NCBI GenBank assembly: GCA_013815345.1
Contig: JACDGK010000003.1
Span: forward strand, 18,897-82,896
From: Patescibacteria group bacterium
GTDB lineage: Bacteria > Patescibacteriota > Minisyncoccia > Phycocordibacterales > Phycocordibacteraceae
Reading direction: 5' to 3'
Length of the DNA: 64,000 nucleotides
Under the pieces are notes generated by a model, which searched no databases, was not told the DNA's origin, and saw nothing but the letters and a program-made list of their open reading frames with translations. The translations under genes were made by a program, and so were the position numbers. Shown here piece after piece: positions 47,439 to 58,849 of this stretch (position 1 is the stretch's first letter; every line of letters begins with the position of its first letter).

Positions 47439-48303
47439 CTTTCTACGTGTCTACGACCAAAAAACCAACCAAAAAACGGAGCGGATAGGCCGTATGGCCT
47501 CCTGCGCGCAAGCGCCTGAACCGCCCCGCAAGGGGTGTTTTTAATTCGGAGAATTAAAAACCCCAAGGAAGGCGTTTTGCAAAATAAACATTGGAAGAGT
47601 AGACACTGACCTTTGACAGACGAATACGCATAAAAAGGTAAATCAACGCCATGATGTGAAAGCATCGTGGTAATGAAATTGCATAGTTATATGAAAATAT
47701 AACTTGCACATGAAGGTAACACTTTATGTGCTCACAAAAATTGTGGTGTTCAGGTTTCCGCACAGGAAACGTGAAGGGTATACGGTGGATGCCTTGGCTT
47801 ATGCATGCGATGAAGGACGTGACTAATCTGCGAAATTCTTCGGGGAGGCGATTTGTAGCCTTTGATCCGGAGGTGTCCGAATGGGGAAACCCGATCTGTA
47901 TAGATCATCTTTCTGTTTATCAGAAAGAAGCGAACCTGGGGAAGTGAAACATCTCAGTACCCAGAGGAATAGAAAACAACAGCGAGTTGTTTTCTGTCTG
48001 CTCGATGCTTCGAGCGGATGGAAAACAACTCTCGTGATTCCCTAAGTAGCGGCGAGCGAAACGGGAGAAGCCCAAACCAGATACTTCGGTATGTGGGGTT
48101 GTAAGACGGAAGTACCGTACTTGTACGGCAAGAGTTACAAAAGATATATATAACGGAAGCTGCTGGGAAGCAGCGCCCTAGAGGGTAATGGCCCCGTACG
48201 TGAAATGTAGATCTCTCTTGTGCTTCTGTTCTTGAGTAGTTCGAGACATGAATAGCTCGGATGAATCTGCCGGAACTAACCGGTAAGGCTAAATACTGCA
48301 TAA

Positions 48304-48349
<46 letters not shown>

Positions 48350-48920
48350 GAAAGGGGAGTGAAATAGAACTGAAACCGTATACTTACAAAGGGTTATGGG
48401 GGGCGTTCGCGTCCTTTATAGCGTGCCTATTGAAGAATGAGCCTGCGAGTGTATGTATGTTGCTTGGCTAAGTCCGTTATGGGACGAAGCCCTAGGGAAA
48501 CCGAGTGTTAATAGCGCGTCCGTATCATACATACGACCCGAAGCCGGGTGAGCTTACCATGGACAGGTTGAAGTTTGTCGAAAGACAGATGGAGGACCGA
48601 ACCCGTACGTCGTACAACGCGTTGGGATGATCTGTGGTAAGGAGTGAAAAGCTAATCGAACCCGGTAATAGCTGGTTCTCTCTGAAACATCTTTTGGGAT
48701 GGCGTCGTGTGATCCTTCCGGGGGTAGAGCACTGGAAGGGGTAAACAGGGAGAAATCTCGTTACTCCTATCAACCTCCGAATACCGGAAATTACAACACG
48801 GCAGTTAGACCATGGGGGCGAAGCTCCATTGGTCAAAAGGGGAAGAGCCCGGATCGTCAGTTAAGGCCCCTAAATCGACACTGAGTACAACTTAAGGAAG
48901 TGAGGATCCTTCGACAATGA

Positions 48921-48952
<32 letters not shown>

Positions 48953-50610
48953 GATAGCGTAACAGCTCACTCATCGAGGGTCCTTGCGCCGAAGATAATC
49001 GGGGTTAAGTGTCGTGCCGAAGCTACGGGTTTGTGCACTTCATAGAGGAGGATGATTTTTTCATATCTTCTGTGAAGTGCACAAGCGGTAAGAGAGCGTT
49101 CCGTTCTGCGATGAAGGAAAAGGGGTGACCCATTCTGGAGCGTACGGAAGTGAGAATGCAGGTACAAGTAACCACAATGCGGGTGAGAACCCCGCACGTC
49201 GAAAGATCAAGGTTTCCTCAGCTATGGTGATCAACTGAGGGTTAGTCGGGCCTAAGGGGATGGTGAAAACCGCACCCGATGGACACAGGGTTAATATTCC
49301 CTGACCGTTTGCACATGCGATGGAGAGACGGACTGCTGTATGTAGTGCCCATTATTGGATTTGGGTCAGTGCCGTGAGGGGGTGTCTTAGGTAAATCCGG
49401 GACGCATATACTCCGAGCGGAAAAGCAACATCCTTCTACGGAGGGGTGGAGACTACGGAGCGCGGTTCCAAGAAAATCTTCTAAGCTTCAGTGTGTAACG
49501 TCCGTACCGCAAACCGACACAGGTGATCAGCTCGAGTAGAGTAAGACGAACGAGTGAGAGGTCCTCAAGGAACTCGGCAAAATAGCGGCCGTAAGTTAGC
49601 GATAAGGCCTGCCCCTCTCCGGAGGGGCCGCAGCGAAAGATTTTCTGGCAACTGTTTACCAAAAACACAGCTCCCTGCGAACTCGTAAGAGGATGTATAG
49701 GGGGTGACGCCTGACCAATGCCGGAAGGTCAAGCAGGGACGGTACATTGATTTCGATTGATGTGCTAGGCCCTATAAGCCCCGGTGAATGTCGGCGATAA
49801 CTATAATCGTCCTAAGGTTCTGGGTTGGAGCAATCCTGCCCAGAACGGATTGGGACGATTATAGGAGACCGTAAACAGCTCTGAGAAGAGTACGTCATTA
49901 ATAGCTACCTCTTTCTTTGGAAACAAAGATTGAATCCGCGACTCATATGAGAGGCCATACGTCGTGCACCATGCAAATGGTTGAAGATATGGTCCTTCTT
50001 GGAGGAATAGAAGAGCGTAATTCCTTGTCTGGTAAGTTCAGACGTGCACGAATGGCGTAATGACTGGAAAACTGTCTCGAGGACTCGCTCGGTGAAAATG
50101 CAATACCGGTGAAGATGCCGGTTACCTGTAGTTAGACGAAAAGACCCCAGGAGCTTTACTACAGCTTCGTATTGGGGCTGCGTGGTGCCTGCGTAGAATA
50201 GGTGGGAGGCTTTGAAGCATTCCTTTCGGGGAGTGTGGAGCCGCCAGTGAAATACCACTCTTGCATTGTGCAGTCTCTAACCCTCGTAAGAACTACGAGG
50301 GGACCGTGCGTGGCGGGTAGTTTTGGTGGGGCGCTATCCTCCTAAAAAGTAACGGAGGAGTCTATTAAGGTTGGCTAGGCGCGAATGGAAACCGTGCCGA
50401 TAGTGTAATGGCAGAAGCCAGCTTAACTGCAAGACGTACATGTCGAGCAGATGCGAAAGCAGAGCATAGTGATCCGATGGTTCGCCTTAGATGCGGCCAG
50501 AGCTCAACGGATAAAAGTTACCCTGGGGATAACAGGCTAGTTCCGCCCAAGCGTCCATAGCGACGGCGGAGTTCGGCACCTCGATGTCGGCTCACCTTAG
50601 CGCGGGGCTG

Positions 50611-51371
50611 GAGAAAACATACCTTCTCTCCTCATTGGAAACGATGAGGTAATTAAACAAGCTCAAAACGGTGAAGGCTGACTTATGCAAGCGACCTTAT
50701 GTTTCGGAGGTCCCAGGTTTAGTGTTAAACTTGATGTATGAGAGCTAACGCCGTGGGAAAGAAGTGTTCTGAAGTAGAGCGAGCATATATAGCTGGATTT
50801 TTGGATGCCGATGGAGCCATTATGGCTCTTATCGAACCGCATTCAGAAAAACAGTATAAGTTTCGAGTTCGCGTTGCGATTAAAATAACGCAACAGGACA
50901 GGAAAGTCTTAGATTGGATACGTACAGTACTTGCGGTTGGAATCGTTCGTGCAAATCGCGCTGGCACTAGTCGCCAGACGTTTGATCTGCACATTCGTGA
51001 TCAAGCGCACGTACAGAAAATTCTGACAAGTCTCTTACCATTTATCCGTGTCAAAAAACGACAAGCAGAAATGGCTCTTGAGATTGTGAATTCAAAAATC
51101 ATCACGTCAGAAGATCTACTCAAAAATGCCCGTATCGCCGACGCTTTGTCGCAGTTGAACGTTCGGTCCAAGAATCGGCGTAAAAACTTTGTGGCAAAGG
51201 TCGAAGAATATCTCTCCCCTAACGACTGAGCACGATTCTTTTGGGAATCGTGCGAGATATGCCCACTGTAGTGGGGTATAACACGGCTTGCACCTAAAAC
51301 TGTAATGGTGACATTACAAACATGGTGATGGAATAGTCTGATACTTGTCGGAAGGCAAGAACAACAAAGAA
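50611..51371 (+). mobile_element. Group I intron 1 in 23S (domain V, near E. coli ~2500) carrying a LAGLIDADG ORF; boundaries +/-6 nt
   Basis: Exon homology stops after ..GTCGGCTCACCTTAGCGCGGGGCT and resumes at ..GAGGTCCCAAGCGTTTGGCTGTTCGCC. ~760 nt lie between them. Confidence 0.6.
50738..51229 (+). CDS. Intron-encoded single-motif LAGLIDADG homing endonuclease (I-CreI-like homodimer type)
   Basis: 163 aa. The motif is YIAGFLDADGAI. It is embedded in 23S intron 1. Confidence 0.8.
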   Translation: MRANAVGKKCSEVERAYIAGFLDADGAIMALIEPHSEKQYKFRVRVAIKITQQDRKVLDWIRTVLAVGIVRANRAGTSRQTFDLHIRDQAHVQKILTSLLPFIRVKKRQAEMALEIVNSKIITSEDLLKNARIADALSQLNVRSKNRRKNFVAKVEEYLSPND

Positions 51372-51434
51372 TTGAGGTCCCAAGCGTTTGGCTGTTCGCC
51401 AATTAAAAAGGTACGCGAGCTGGGTTCAGACCGT

Positions 51435-51780
51435 GTAGGAATAGAGTCGCAGAATTTATTTTGCGGAATCGATTCTTACACCGTCTGAATCCCTTTGAGA
51501 TATCTGTTTATCAGAACTTAATAAAGTGCGAAGTGAATGTCTTTTCGTCTATGAAATTATGATAGAACCAACAACCATCACGGCGATGTGCTACAGGAAT
51601 GTAGTACGTACCATCAACTAATATCGGTGAAACCCTCCCCATTAATTTGGCGGGCAACACCGAGGGAAGCTGAGAAAATCTCGGTACCCGTAGAGACTAC
51701 ACGTTGATCATCCGACCATTTAATTTATTTGAGGATGAAGATATAGTCCGACCCTCCGAGTAATCGAAGTTAACAAAGTG
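51435..51780 (+). mobile_element. Group I intron 2 in 23S (ORF-less, 346 nt, near the A-loop)
   Basis: The 5' exon ends ..GGGTTCAGACCGT (terminal U). The 3' exon resumes CGTGAGACAGGTTGGTCTCCTATC, and the preceding intron nucleotide is G. The E. coli equivalent is the contiguous GAACGU|CGUGAGACAG. Confidence 0.6.
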
Positions 51781-52148
51781 CGTGAGACAGGTTGGTCTCC
51801 TATCTACTACAGGCGTTGATTCTTGAGGAGGGTTGCCCCTAGTACGAGAGGACCGGGGTGAACTGACCTCTGGTCTACCAGCTGTTTTGCCAAAAGCATC
51901 GCTGGGTAGCTATGTCGGGTCGGGATAACTGCTGAAAGCATATAAGCGGGAAGCCCACTCCAAGATTAGGAATCGTTATGAGACACCTTAAAGATTATGA
52001 GGTTGATAGGCTTTAGATGTACGCACAGTAATGTGTTCAGTCGAGAAGTACTAATATGTCCAGTTTTCTGTGCGGAATTCTGCATGGCACAATTTTTGTG
52101 TTCGCAATCCGTTTTATGCGTATTCGTTTTTGTACAAGGTACGCATGT

Positions 52149-52272
52149 ACCCAGAACGCTGGTGATTTATCGGAAGGGCCACACCCGTTCTCATTCCGAA
52201 CACGGCAGTTAAGCCTTCTTGAGCCGATGGTACTCGTAAGGGGAGAGTAGGTTGTCGCCAGCGTTCTGGGCA
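52149..52272 (+). rRNA. rrf: 5S rRNA
   Basis: The terminal helix is CCCAGAACGC..GCGTTCTGGG. Internal CCGAACACGGCAGTTAAG and GTACTCGTAAGGGGAGAGTAGG match 5S loops. Confidence 0.8.
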
Positions 52273-52282
52273 CATGCAAAAG

Positions 52283-52320
52283 AAAACCGCCGCACTTTCG
52301 TGCGGCGGTTTTCTTGTTTT
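52283..52320 (+). terminator. Terminator after 5S rRNA
   Basis: AAAACCGCCGCAC-tttc-GTGCGGCGGTTTTCTTGTTTTT. Confidence 0.65.
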
Positions 52321-52417
52321 TCGAACACCCCAAAGGTACTTCCGATTTCTAATCGCTGCGCTCAAGAAATCTAGGCCGCGTTTCACTCCTAACGAATTTT
52401 GGGCGTATACTACATAG

Positions 52418-53179
52418 ATGAACTGGGCGGCAAAACGAAGAACCCTCATTGAAATCATACTTCTGGCCTGCGGCGGAGGAATTATCGCGATAGTACTGGT
52501 TGCTACGTTCTACAAGACGCCTTCGTGTATGGATACGAAGCAGAATCAAGGAGAGCTTGGTATCGATTGTGGCGGTCCCTGTGCCTACGCTTGTACCGTA
52601 GACGAAACACCGCCTGCGGCGCGCTTCGTGCGTGCCGTTTCCTCAGAGCCAGGTCGAACTGATGCGATTGCCTACATCGATAATACCAATGCCGACGCAG
52701 GCGCACTGAACGCTTCCTACACGATCGAATTTTACGGACCGACTGAGGCGCTCATTGGTCGTAAGACCGGAACCATAAACGTGCCACCCTCGACTACGGT
52801 GCCGCTATTTTTATCTAATCTATATAGTGGATCTGAACCCGTCTCTCAAGCATTCCTGACATTTGATCAGACGTCATTGAAATGGCTTCGTGCGGCACAA
52901 AAACCTATCGTCCCCGTGCCCGATGCCATACAGATTCAAGATGGACCGACTCCTCGGATAACGGCACGACTCACGAATCCCACTGCTCATATTCTTTATA
53001 ATATCTCCGTGGTCGCTACGGTATTCGATGCATCGGACAATGCTATCGCCGCTTCTCAAACTCTCGTTCCCCAACTTCCTTCACAAGGCAGCGCCCCTCT
53101 TATCTTTACGTGGAATGCACCTTTTGCGGGCACTCCTGCGCGCGTCGAGATACTCCCCGCCGCTCCTTCAACGCTATGA
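52418..53179 (+). CDS. Hypothetical membrane-anchored extracytoplasmic protein
   Basis: Has an N-terminal TM. No family was recognised. It lies upstream of the SEDS gene. Confidence 0.35.
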   Translation: MNWAAKRRTLIEIILLACGGGIIAIVLVATFYKTPSCMDTKQNQGELGIDCGGPCAYACTVDETPPAARFVRAVSSEPGRTDAIAYIDNTNADAGALNASYTIEFYGPTEALIGRKTGTINVPPSTTVPLFLSNLYSGSEPVSQAFLTFDQTSLKWLRAAQKPIVPVPDAIQIQDGPTPRITARLTNPTAHILYNISVVATVFDASDNAIAASQTLVPQLPSQGSAPLIFTWNAPFAGTPARVEILPAAPSTL

Positions 53180-54312
53180 GTGAACTGGTACGCGGGAAGC
53201 CATTTGCGGCTTTGAAAACAGGATGGCCGTTGTATGTGATCGCACTGGCGCTTTCTCTTCTCGGTATTCTCACCATGAACACGTTCGGCGATGGTGCCTC
53301 GCTTGCACCGCGCCAGCTTCTCTGGCTTGGGATTTCCAGTGTCGCATTCGTCGTGTGTGCGTGTATCGACATGCGATTCATTCGACGTACCCCTATTATC
53401 GTAACAGGATATATTATTGCGACGATTCTTCTCGGAGCGCTGCTTTTGGTGGGTCACGTCACTCTTGGGGCAAAAAGCTGGTTTAATTTCGGCCTTTTTT
53501 CATTTCAACCTGCTGATCCTGCGAAGCTCATTCTCATAGCCTTGATGGCAAAGTATTTCTCACGCCGCCATATGGAAATAGGATATTTCTGGCACGTTAT
53601 TGTTTCTGCAGCCTATGCCGGCACACTCATATTGCTTATTCTTGTTGAACCTGACCTCGGCATGGCGGTTATATTTATGTCGATATGGTTTGGCATGATA
53701 CTCGTGTCCGGCATACCGAAAAAGCATCTCGCTATCGTTCTTTCGGTCGGGTTACTTGCTGCTGGCGGGTTGTGGTTCGTTGGTCTGCATGACTATCAAC
53801 GTGCGCGTATCATGGCGTTCGTTAACCCCGCAGCGGATATTCATGGTTCGGGTTATAACGCGTACCAGGCAGTTGTTGCAACTGGTTCAGGACAGCTCTG
53901 GGGAAAAGGTATAGGATATGGCACCCAATCGAAACTCAGCTTCTTGCCGGAATACGAGACCGATTTCATTTTTGCGGCGTTTTCCGAGGAATGGGGATTT
54001 GCAGGCGTCGTACTTGTTTTAGTATTGTATGGACTGTTACTTTTTCAACTGCTCGCACTCGCGCGAAAGATGTCGACAAATTTTGACTCACTTTTTGCCA
54101 TCGGCGTAGTCATACTTTTTCTTGCACATATCACAGTACACATCGGTATTAATCTCGGCCTTTTACCAGTGACTGGCACCACCGTTCCGTTTATGAGTTC
54201 GGGCGGTTCACATTTGCTTATAGAGTTTGCGGCACTCGGCATCGTAACATCACTCGCGCAGCATGGCAGGAGCGTGCCTCGAGAGGCTGCCCTCCAAGAA
54301 TACGAGGGTTGA
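53176..54312 (+). CDS. SEDS-family peptidoglycan polymerase (RodA/FtsW)
   Basis: A multi-TM protein with the C-terminal motif ..ATGSGQLWGKGIGYGTQSKLSFLPEYETDFIFAAFSEEWGF. Confidence 0.8.
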   Translation: MSELVRGKPFAALKTGWPLYVIALALSLLGILTMNTFGDGASLAPRQLLWLGISSVAFVVCACIDMRFIRRTPIIVTGYIIATILLGALLLVGHVTLGAKSWFNFGLFSFQPADPAKLILIALMAKYFSRRHMEIGYFWHVIVSAAYAGTLILLILVEPDLGMAVIFMSIWFGMILVSGIPKKHLAIVLSVGLLAAGGLWFVGLHDYQRARIMAFVNPAADIHGSGYNAYQAVVATGSGQLWGKGIGYGTQSKLSFLPEYETDFIFAAFSEEWGFAGVVLVLVLYGLLLFQLLALARKMSTNFDSLFAIGVVILFLAHITVHIGINLGLLPVTGTTVPFMSSGGSHLLIEFAALGIVTSLAQHGRSVPREAALQEYEG

Positions 54313-54315
54313 TAT

Positions 54316-55476
54316 TTATTTTTGAAGATACACAGAAAGAGTTTCTTCGAACATTCGTTCTTCGGAAAAACTCTTTAGCACGCATGCGTGCAGTGCTTTT
54401 CCAAAATGCTGCGCTTTTTCAGCATCATTCAAAAGTGATTCTATAGCAGCAGCGAGTTCAGAAGTGCTTCCCGGAGCAACAAGTAGGGCGTTTTTTTCGT
54501 CTTCGATGACTTCTGGTATCCCGCCAGTATTGCTGGCGATAACGGGAAGCGAAGCGAAGCCCGCCTCTAGAAGAGCGATAGGAAGACCCTCTTTGTAGGA
54601 GGGCATGAGAAATATGTCGGCTGCGCGCAGATAGGTGCGGGAATCGGTTACGAAACCAATAAGGAACACGTGATCAGAAATACTGAGTGTACTCGCCAGT
54701 TCTTCAAGAGCTGCTCGTTCTTCACCTTCTCCCACAACAACCAAATAAGTATTGGGATGCGTGGAAATAATTTTTTGAAGAGCAGTGATCGCAACCGCGA
54801 TGCCTTTATTAGGATGGAGCTCAGCTTGCGTAATAAGCCATGTTGCCTCGAGAGGAATGGGCGCATTTTTCGTGAGTGCCTCACGCGCCTCTTTTTTTGA
54901 AAGAAGCGGAAAAGGAGCACTGCCATTTCGCACAACCACTAGTTTTTTACGAGAAAATAAAACGGGTGCATCACGATAATCAAGACCAGAGACAACGATT
55001 ACGGTGTGCGAAAGTACAATAGTTATCCACGAAGCGAATCGAACAAATAATTTTTTCAAAGAATTTCGCGATTCGCGGTGAGCCCAGCCGTGTGCCGTGT
55101 AAATTATTTTTTGGACGCCGGTCGTACGTGCTGCAAGTGCACCCAAGCCGCCAGCCTTTGAGCTATTTAAATGAACAATGTCGGGTCGGAGTCTCTGTAT
55201 AACAGCACGCAATTCTTTGAAAGCGCAAAGTTCCTGAGGAAGTGACACGTCTCGAGCGAAAGAAGAAAGCACTTCAATCGCCATCCCTGCTTCGCGTAAT
55301 CGCAGAGCGAGCAGTCCAGTTTCAGCTCCGGGTCTGCCCGTACCGCCAAATGCCACGGTCACCATCGCTCCGTTTTTTTGCAGATGTACGGCAAGGGCAT
55401 ACACATACGCTTGGGCGCCTCCCCAGTTTGATTTCGTTATAACAAAGAGTATTTTCTTGCCCCTCACCATGTCCAT
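54316..55476 (-). CDS. Glycosyltransferase family 1 (GT4-like)
   Basis: Has the C-terminal EGLPIALLEAGFASLPVIASNTGGIPEVI motif (E-x7-E). Confidence 0.8.
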   Translation of the reverse strand: MDMVRGKKILFVITKSNWGGAQAYVYALAVHLQKNGAMVTVAFGGTGRPGAETGLLALRLREAGMAIEVLSSFARDVSLPQELCAFKELRAVIQRLRPDIVHLNSSKAGGLGALAARTTGVQKIIYTAHGWAHRESRNSLKKLFVRFASWITIVLSHTVIVVSGLDYRDAPVLFSRKKLVVVRNGSAPFPLLSKKEAREALTKNAPIPLEATWLITQAELHPNKGIAVAITALQKIISTHPNTYLVVVGEGEERAALEELASTLSISDHVFLIGFVTDSRTYLRAADIFLMPSYKEGLPIALLEAGFASLPVIASNTGGIPEVIEDEKNALLVAPGSTSELAAAIESLLNDAEKAQHFGKALHACVLKSFSEERMFEETLSVYLQK

Positions 55477-55585
55477 ATCTCCCAGTATACGACCAAAATT
55501 CCTTATGAATGATGAACGAATTAGGAATTTGGAAGTACTCCTGTGGTGACTTTACAGCGAGGTATATAGTTATACTATCCAAACA

Positions 55586-56920
55586 ATGGCACTTGTCCGC
55601 CGCGAGACCACGTTTCTACTAGTCGGAGACCTAGCGCTCCTCGTCTTTTCGCTGTGGTTGGCTCTGACTGTTCGTGTTCTTCATGTGCCTACCTACGCTC
55701 ATTTCCTTCAGAATGCCATCGCCTTCATCCCGGTATTCATCGTCTCTATTGTTGTATTTTTTATTGCAGGTCTCTATGAAAAACAGACCCAGCTTGTAAA
55801 GCGCGTTATGGGCTCGCGGATTTTAGGGGCGCAGATAGCAAACACTCTGATCGCTGCCGTTATCTTTTTCCTTTTGCCACTTGTGATCGCTCCGAAAACA
55901 ATTCTGATCCTGTACCTTATAATTTCAGTGCTTCTTATTCAGACATGGCGCTTTTATATCACCCCGCGCCTCTCAGTACGAGGACGTGAGCTGGCCGTGC
56001 TGGTGGGGCAGGGCGAATCAGTCCAGGAAGTATTTGATGAAGTAAATGGGAACAATCGCTACCGTATTCGTTTTATAGAACATATCGATACAAGTCGCAT
56101 CGAAGCAGGGAAGATTTCTGAACGTATCGCACACGCGACGCAAAGCGGTGCTCGCATTATCGTTCTCGATACGCGAGACAATGGAGTGCAGGGCGAGCTC
56201 TCCGCGCTGTACGATGCCATGGTCGCGGGCATTTCTTTCGTAGAATTCGCTTCATTTTATGAAGATCTTTTCGATCGCGTGCCCCTCGCTCACATCGATT
56301 ATGTCTGGCTGCTCGCGTGCCTGCCGAAACGCCACCTCGCCTATGATTTAGGAAAACGTACGTTCGATATTTTTGGTGCTGCGGTAGGAATTATCATTGC
56401 GATGATCTTTATCCTGTTTGCAGCGTTCATCCTTATGGCAAATGGCGGAGAGCCTTTTATTTTTCACGAACGTATCGGACGAGAAGGGAAGATCTTTCGG
56501 ATAGTAAAGTTGCGAACAATGCTTTTCAATGATCACGGAGATCTTGAACTTCAAAAAAAGAATCGAGTCACGTCAATCGGAAAATTTCTTCGTAAATCAC
56601 GGATCGATGAGTTGCCGCAACTTTATAATGTGCTCCGAGGGGAACTTTCTTTCATAGGGCCTCGGCCGGAACTTCCCCCTATCGCCGCGGTGTACCAGCA
56701 GGAGATTCCGTATTATGAGATTCGCCATGTGATCACGCCAGGACTTTCCGGCTGGGCGCAGCTTCGCGACTATGACGCTCCCCGAGGAGCGGCGGATGTG
56801 GGGCGTACTAAACGTAAACTTTCTTTCGACCTCTACTATCTGAAACACCGCTCGTTTACACTCGATCTTGTCATTGCGCTGAAGACGATACGGGCACTCG
56901 CTTCTTTTTCAGGCGTTTAG
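55586..56920 (+). CDS. Polyprenyl glycosylphosphotransferase (bacterial sugar transferase, WbaP/PglB-like)
   Basis: Has N-terminal TM helices and a C-terminal KLRTM..DELPQLYNVLRGELSFIGPRP. Confidence 0.8.
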   Translation: MALVRRETTFLLVGDLALLVFSLWLALTVRVLHVPTYAHFLQNAIAFIPVFIVSIVVFFIAGLYEKQTQLVKRVMGSRILGAQIANTLIAAVIFFLLPLVIAPKTILILYLIISVLLIQTWRFYITPRLSVRGRELAVLVGQGESVQEVFDEVNGNNRYRIRFIEHIDTSRIEAGKISERIAHATQSGARIIVLDTRDNGVQGELSALYDAMVAGISFVEFASFYEDLFDRVPLAHIDYVWLLACLPKRHLAYDLGKRTFDIFGAAVGIIIAMIFILFAAFILMANGGEPFIFHERIGREGKIFRIVKLRTMLFNDHGDLELQKKNRVTSIGKFLRKSRIDELPQLYNVLRGELSFIGPRPELPPIAAVYQQEIPYYEIRHVITPGLSGWAQLRDYDAPRGAADVGRTKRKLSFDLYYLKHRSFTLDLVIALKTIRALASFSGV

Positions 56921-56930
56921 ACTATAGTAT

Positions 56931-57872
56931 TTGAATAAAGAATCTACTATGAATCCATCAACACCAAAAAAAGCAGTGGTAACAGGAGGCGCAGGCTTCA
57001 TAGGCTCGCATCTTACGAGAGATCTTTTAGCGCAGGGGTACGAGGTGCATGTCGTAGATAACTATTCAGGCGGCAGGATTCCCGGACGGGAGTCAGCTGC
57101 CGCTACTTATCACGAAGGTGATATTTGTGACGGCGCGCTTCTCCGAAACGTTTTTGAAGGGGCGCACTACGTTTTTCATACTGCGGCACTTCCGCGGGTT
57201 CAGTACTCCCTCCAATACCCAGAAAAAACAAATCAAGCAAACGTTACTGGAACGCTTTCGGTTTTAAACGCTGCAAAAGATGCCGGAGTAAGGCGTGTTG
57301 TTTATTCTGCTTCGAGCTCGGCGTATGGGGATCAAGATATAATGCCGCTGGTAGAGACGATGGACGCGCATCCGAAAAGTCCGTATGCACTCCAAAAATA
57401 TATCGGCGAATTGTACTGCCGGCTGTACTCGGAAGTATTTGGTCTTGAAACAGTGTGCCTGCGCTATTTCAATGTATATGGAAAAAATGCTGATCCGCAT
57501 GGTGCGTATGCATTGGTCATCGCAAAGTTTATCCAGCAACGCATTGAAGGCAAGGATTTAACAATTGCGGGAGACGGTACGCATACACGCGATTATACGC
57601 ACGTACATGATGTCGTCCGTGCGAATATTCTTTCTGCGGAAAAACCAACCGTAGGGAAAGGGGAGGTTATGAACATCGGCGGGGGCAAAAACCGATCGGT
57701 AAATGAAGTTGCCGAAGCGATTGGTGGTCCTATTACGTATGTCGAAGAACGTCTTGAACCAAAAGACACTCTTGCCAATACCGCTCGAGCAAAAGAGTTA
57801 CTTGGCTGGGAGACGACAATATCTTTTGAAGAAGGCATAGCAGAGCTCAAAAAAGAAGCGAACCTCACATGA
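56931..57872 (+). CDS. NAD-dependent sugar epimerase/dehydratase (UDP-glucose 4-epimerase-like)
   Basis: Rossmann GxxGxxG as VVTGGAGFIGSHL, and catalytic YxxxK as YALQKYIGE. Confidence 0.85.
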   Translation: MNKESTMNPSTPKKAVVTGGAGFIGSHLTRDLLAQGYEVHVVDNYSGGRIPGRESAAATYHEGDICDGALLRNVFEGAHYVFHTAALPRVQYSLQYPEKTNQANVTGTLSVLNAAKDAGVRRVVYSASSSAYGDQDIMPLVETMDAHPKSPYALQKYIGELYCRLYSEVFGLETVCLRYFNVYGKNADPHGAYALVIAKFIQQRIEGKDLTIAGDGTHTRDYTHVHDVVRANILSAEKPTVGKGEVMNIGGGKNRSVNEVAEAIGGPITYVEERLEPKDTLANTARAKELLGWETTISFEEGIAELKKEANLT

Positions 57873-58699
57873 TCATTGATGGTCGGAGCATAGCGTCGGA
57901 TATTTTGAGGACCGTACGTACGCATGCGGCCGTAGTCGGCCGAGAACTTGTCGTGCGTGCGATGGTCATGAACCCGACGGGCGCGACCGAATCATATCTT
58001 CGGGTGAAAGCAGCTCGGGCAACCGATGCGGGCATGCGTATGGAAATCGCGCGGTTGCCTGACAACGCGACGACCGAGGAAGTACTCACTGCAATTGCTG
58101 CACCTGGCGCCGATAGTGTCATCGTGCAGCTTCCGCTCCCAGAAGCAGTAAATAGTACTTTGATACTGGATGAGATTCCTTTGCAAAAAGATGCCGACGT
58201 ACTTTCTGCGGCAGCGTATGAACGGTTCGTCTATCGGAAACCAGGAGCACTCTTGCCGCCAGTTGTTGGTGCTATTAAAGAAGTTTTCCTCCGCACGGGT
58301 GTGAAAGCCGAAGGAAAGAAAAGCGTAATAATAGGAAGTGGTAAGTTAGTTGGTCAGCCCGCAGCCGTGTGGCTTGAATCCGAAGGTGCAGAGGTGCTTG
58401 TGCTCACTCAAGACTCTTTTACCCATGAAGCGATACGGAATGCCGACATCATTATTTCAGGCGCCGGAAGTCCCGGTCTTCTTATGCCGGCAATGCTAAA
58501 ATCAGGAGTCGTGCTTGTCGATGCCGGCACGAGCGAGTTGAATGGCGCTATCGTCGGAGATGCGGACCCTTCGTGCGTTGAAGTCGCGAGCGTCTTCACG
58601 CCGGTTCCCGGCGGCCTGGGCCCTATCGCTGTGGCATGTCTTTTTAAAAACGCCTCGTTATTAGTCGTGAGGAGTCACGAGACAGCAAGCACTGCATAA
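57869..58699 (+). CDS. folD: Bifunctional methylenetetrahydrofolate dehydrogenase/cyclohydrolase
   Basis: N-terminal IIDGRSIASDI. ..IIGSGKLVGQPAA.. and the overall 276 aa FolD pattern fit. Confidence 0.8.
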   Translation: MIIDGRSIASDILRTVRTHAAVVGRELVVRAMVMNPTGATESYLRVKAARATDAGMRMEIARLPDNATTEEVLTAIAAPGADSVIVQLPLPEAVNSTLILDEIPLQKDADVLSAAAYERFVYRKPGALLPPVVGAIKEVFLRTGVKAEGKKSVIIGSGKLVGQPAAVWLESEGAEVLVLTQDSFTHEAIRNADIIISGAGSPGLLMPAMLKSGVVLVDAGTSELNGAIVGDADPSCVEVASVFTPVPGGLGPIAVACLFKNASLLVVRSHETASTA

Positions 58700-58849
58700 A
58701 AGAGAGTAAGACTTGGCCTAGCGGCCCGGGGCGCTCTCTTTTATGCAGTGCTTGCTGTCTCTCCACGACGACGTTGCGAAACGCCAAAAAATCCGTACAC
58801 TACCTCAATATAAGACCATTAGCACCTGGACTCCTCTGAATTCTCACCT

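Noticed and set aside
47600-47740. Second TTGACA (47622) and TTGCAT (47684) upstream of 23S as additional rRNA promoters
   Set aside because: No acceptable -10 hexamer could be found at 16-18 nt spacing. Only the 47410 promoter is reported.
47990-48045. ~55-nt extra segment in 23S domain I relative to E. coli (CAGCGAGTTGTTTTCTGTCTGCTCGATGCTTCGAGCGGATGGAAAACAACTCTC)
   Set aside because: It is short, forms a simple hairpin at a known variable helix, and is most likely an expansion segment rather than an intron.
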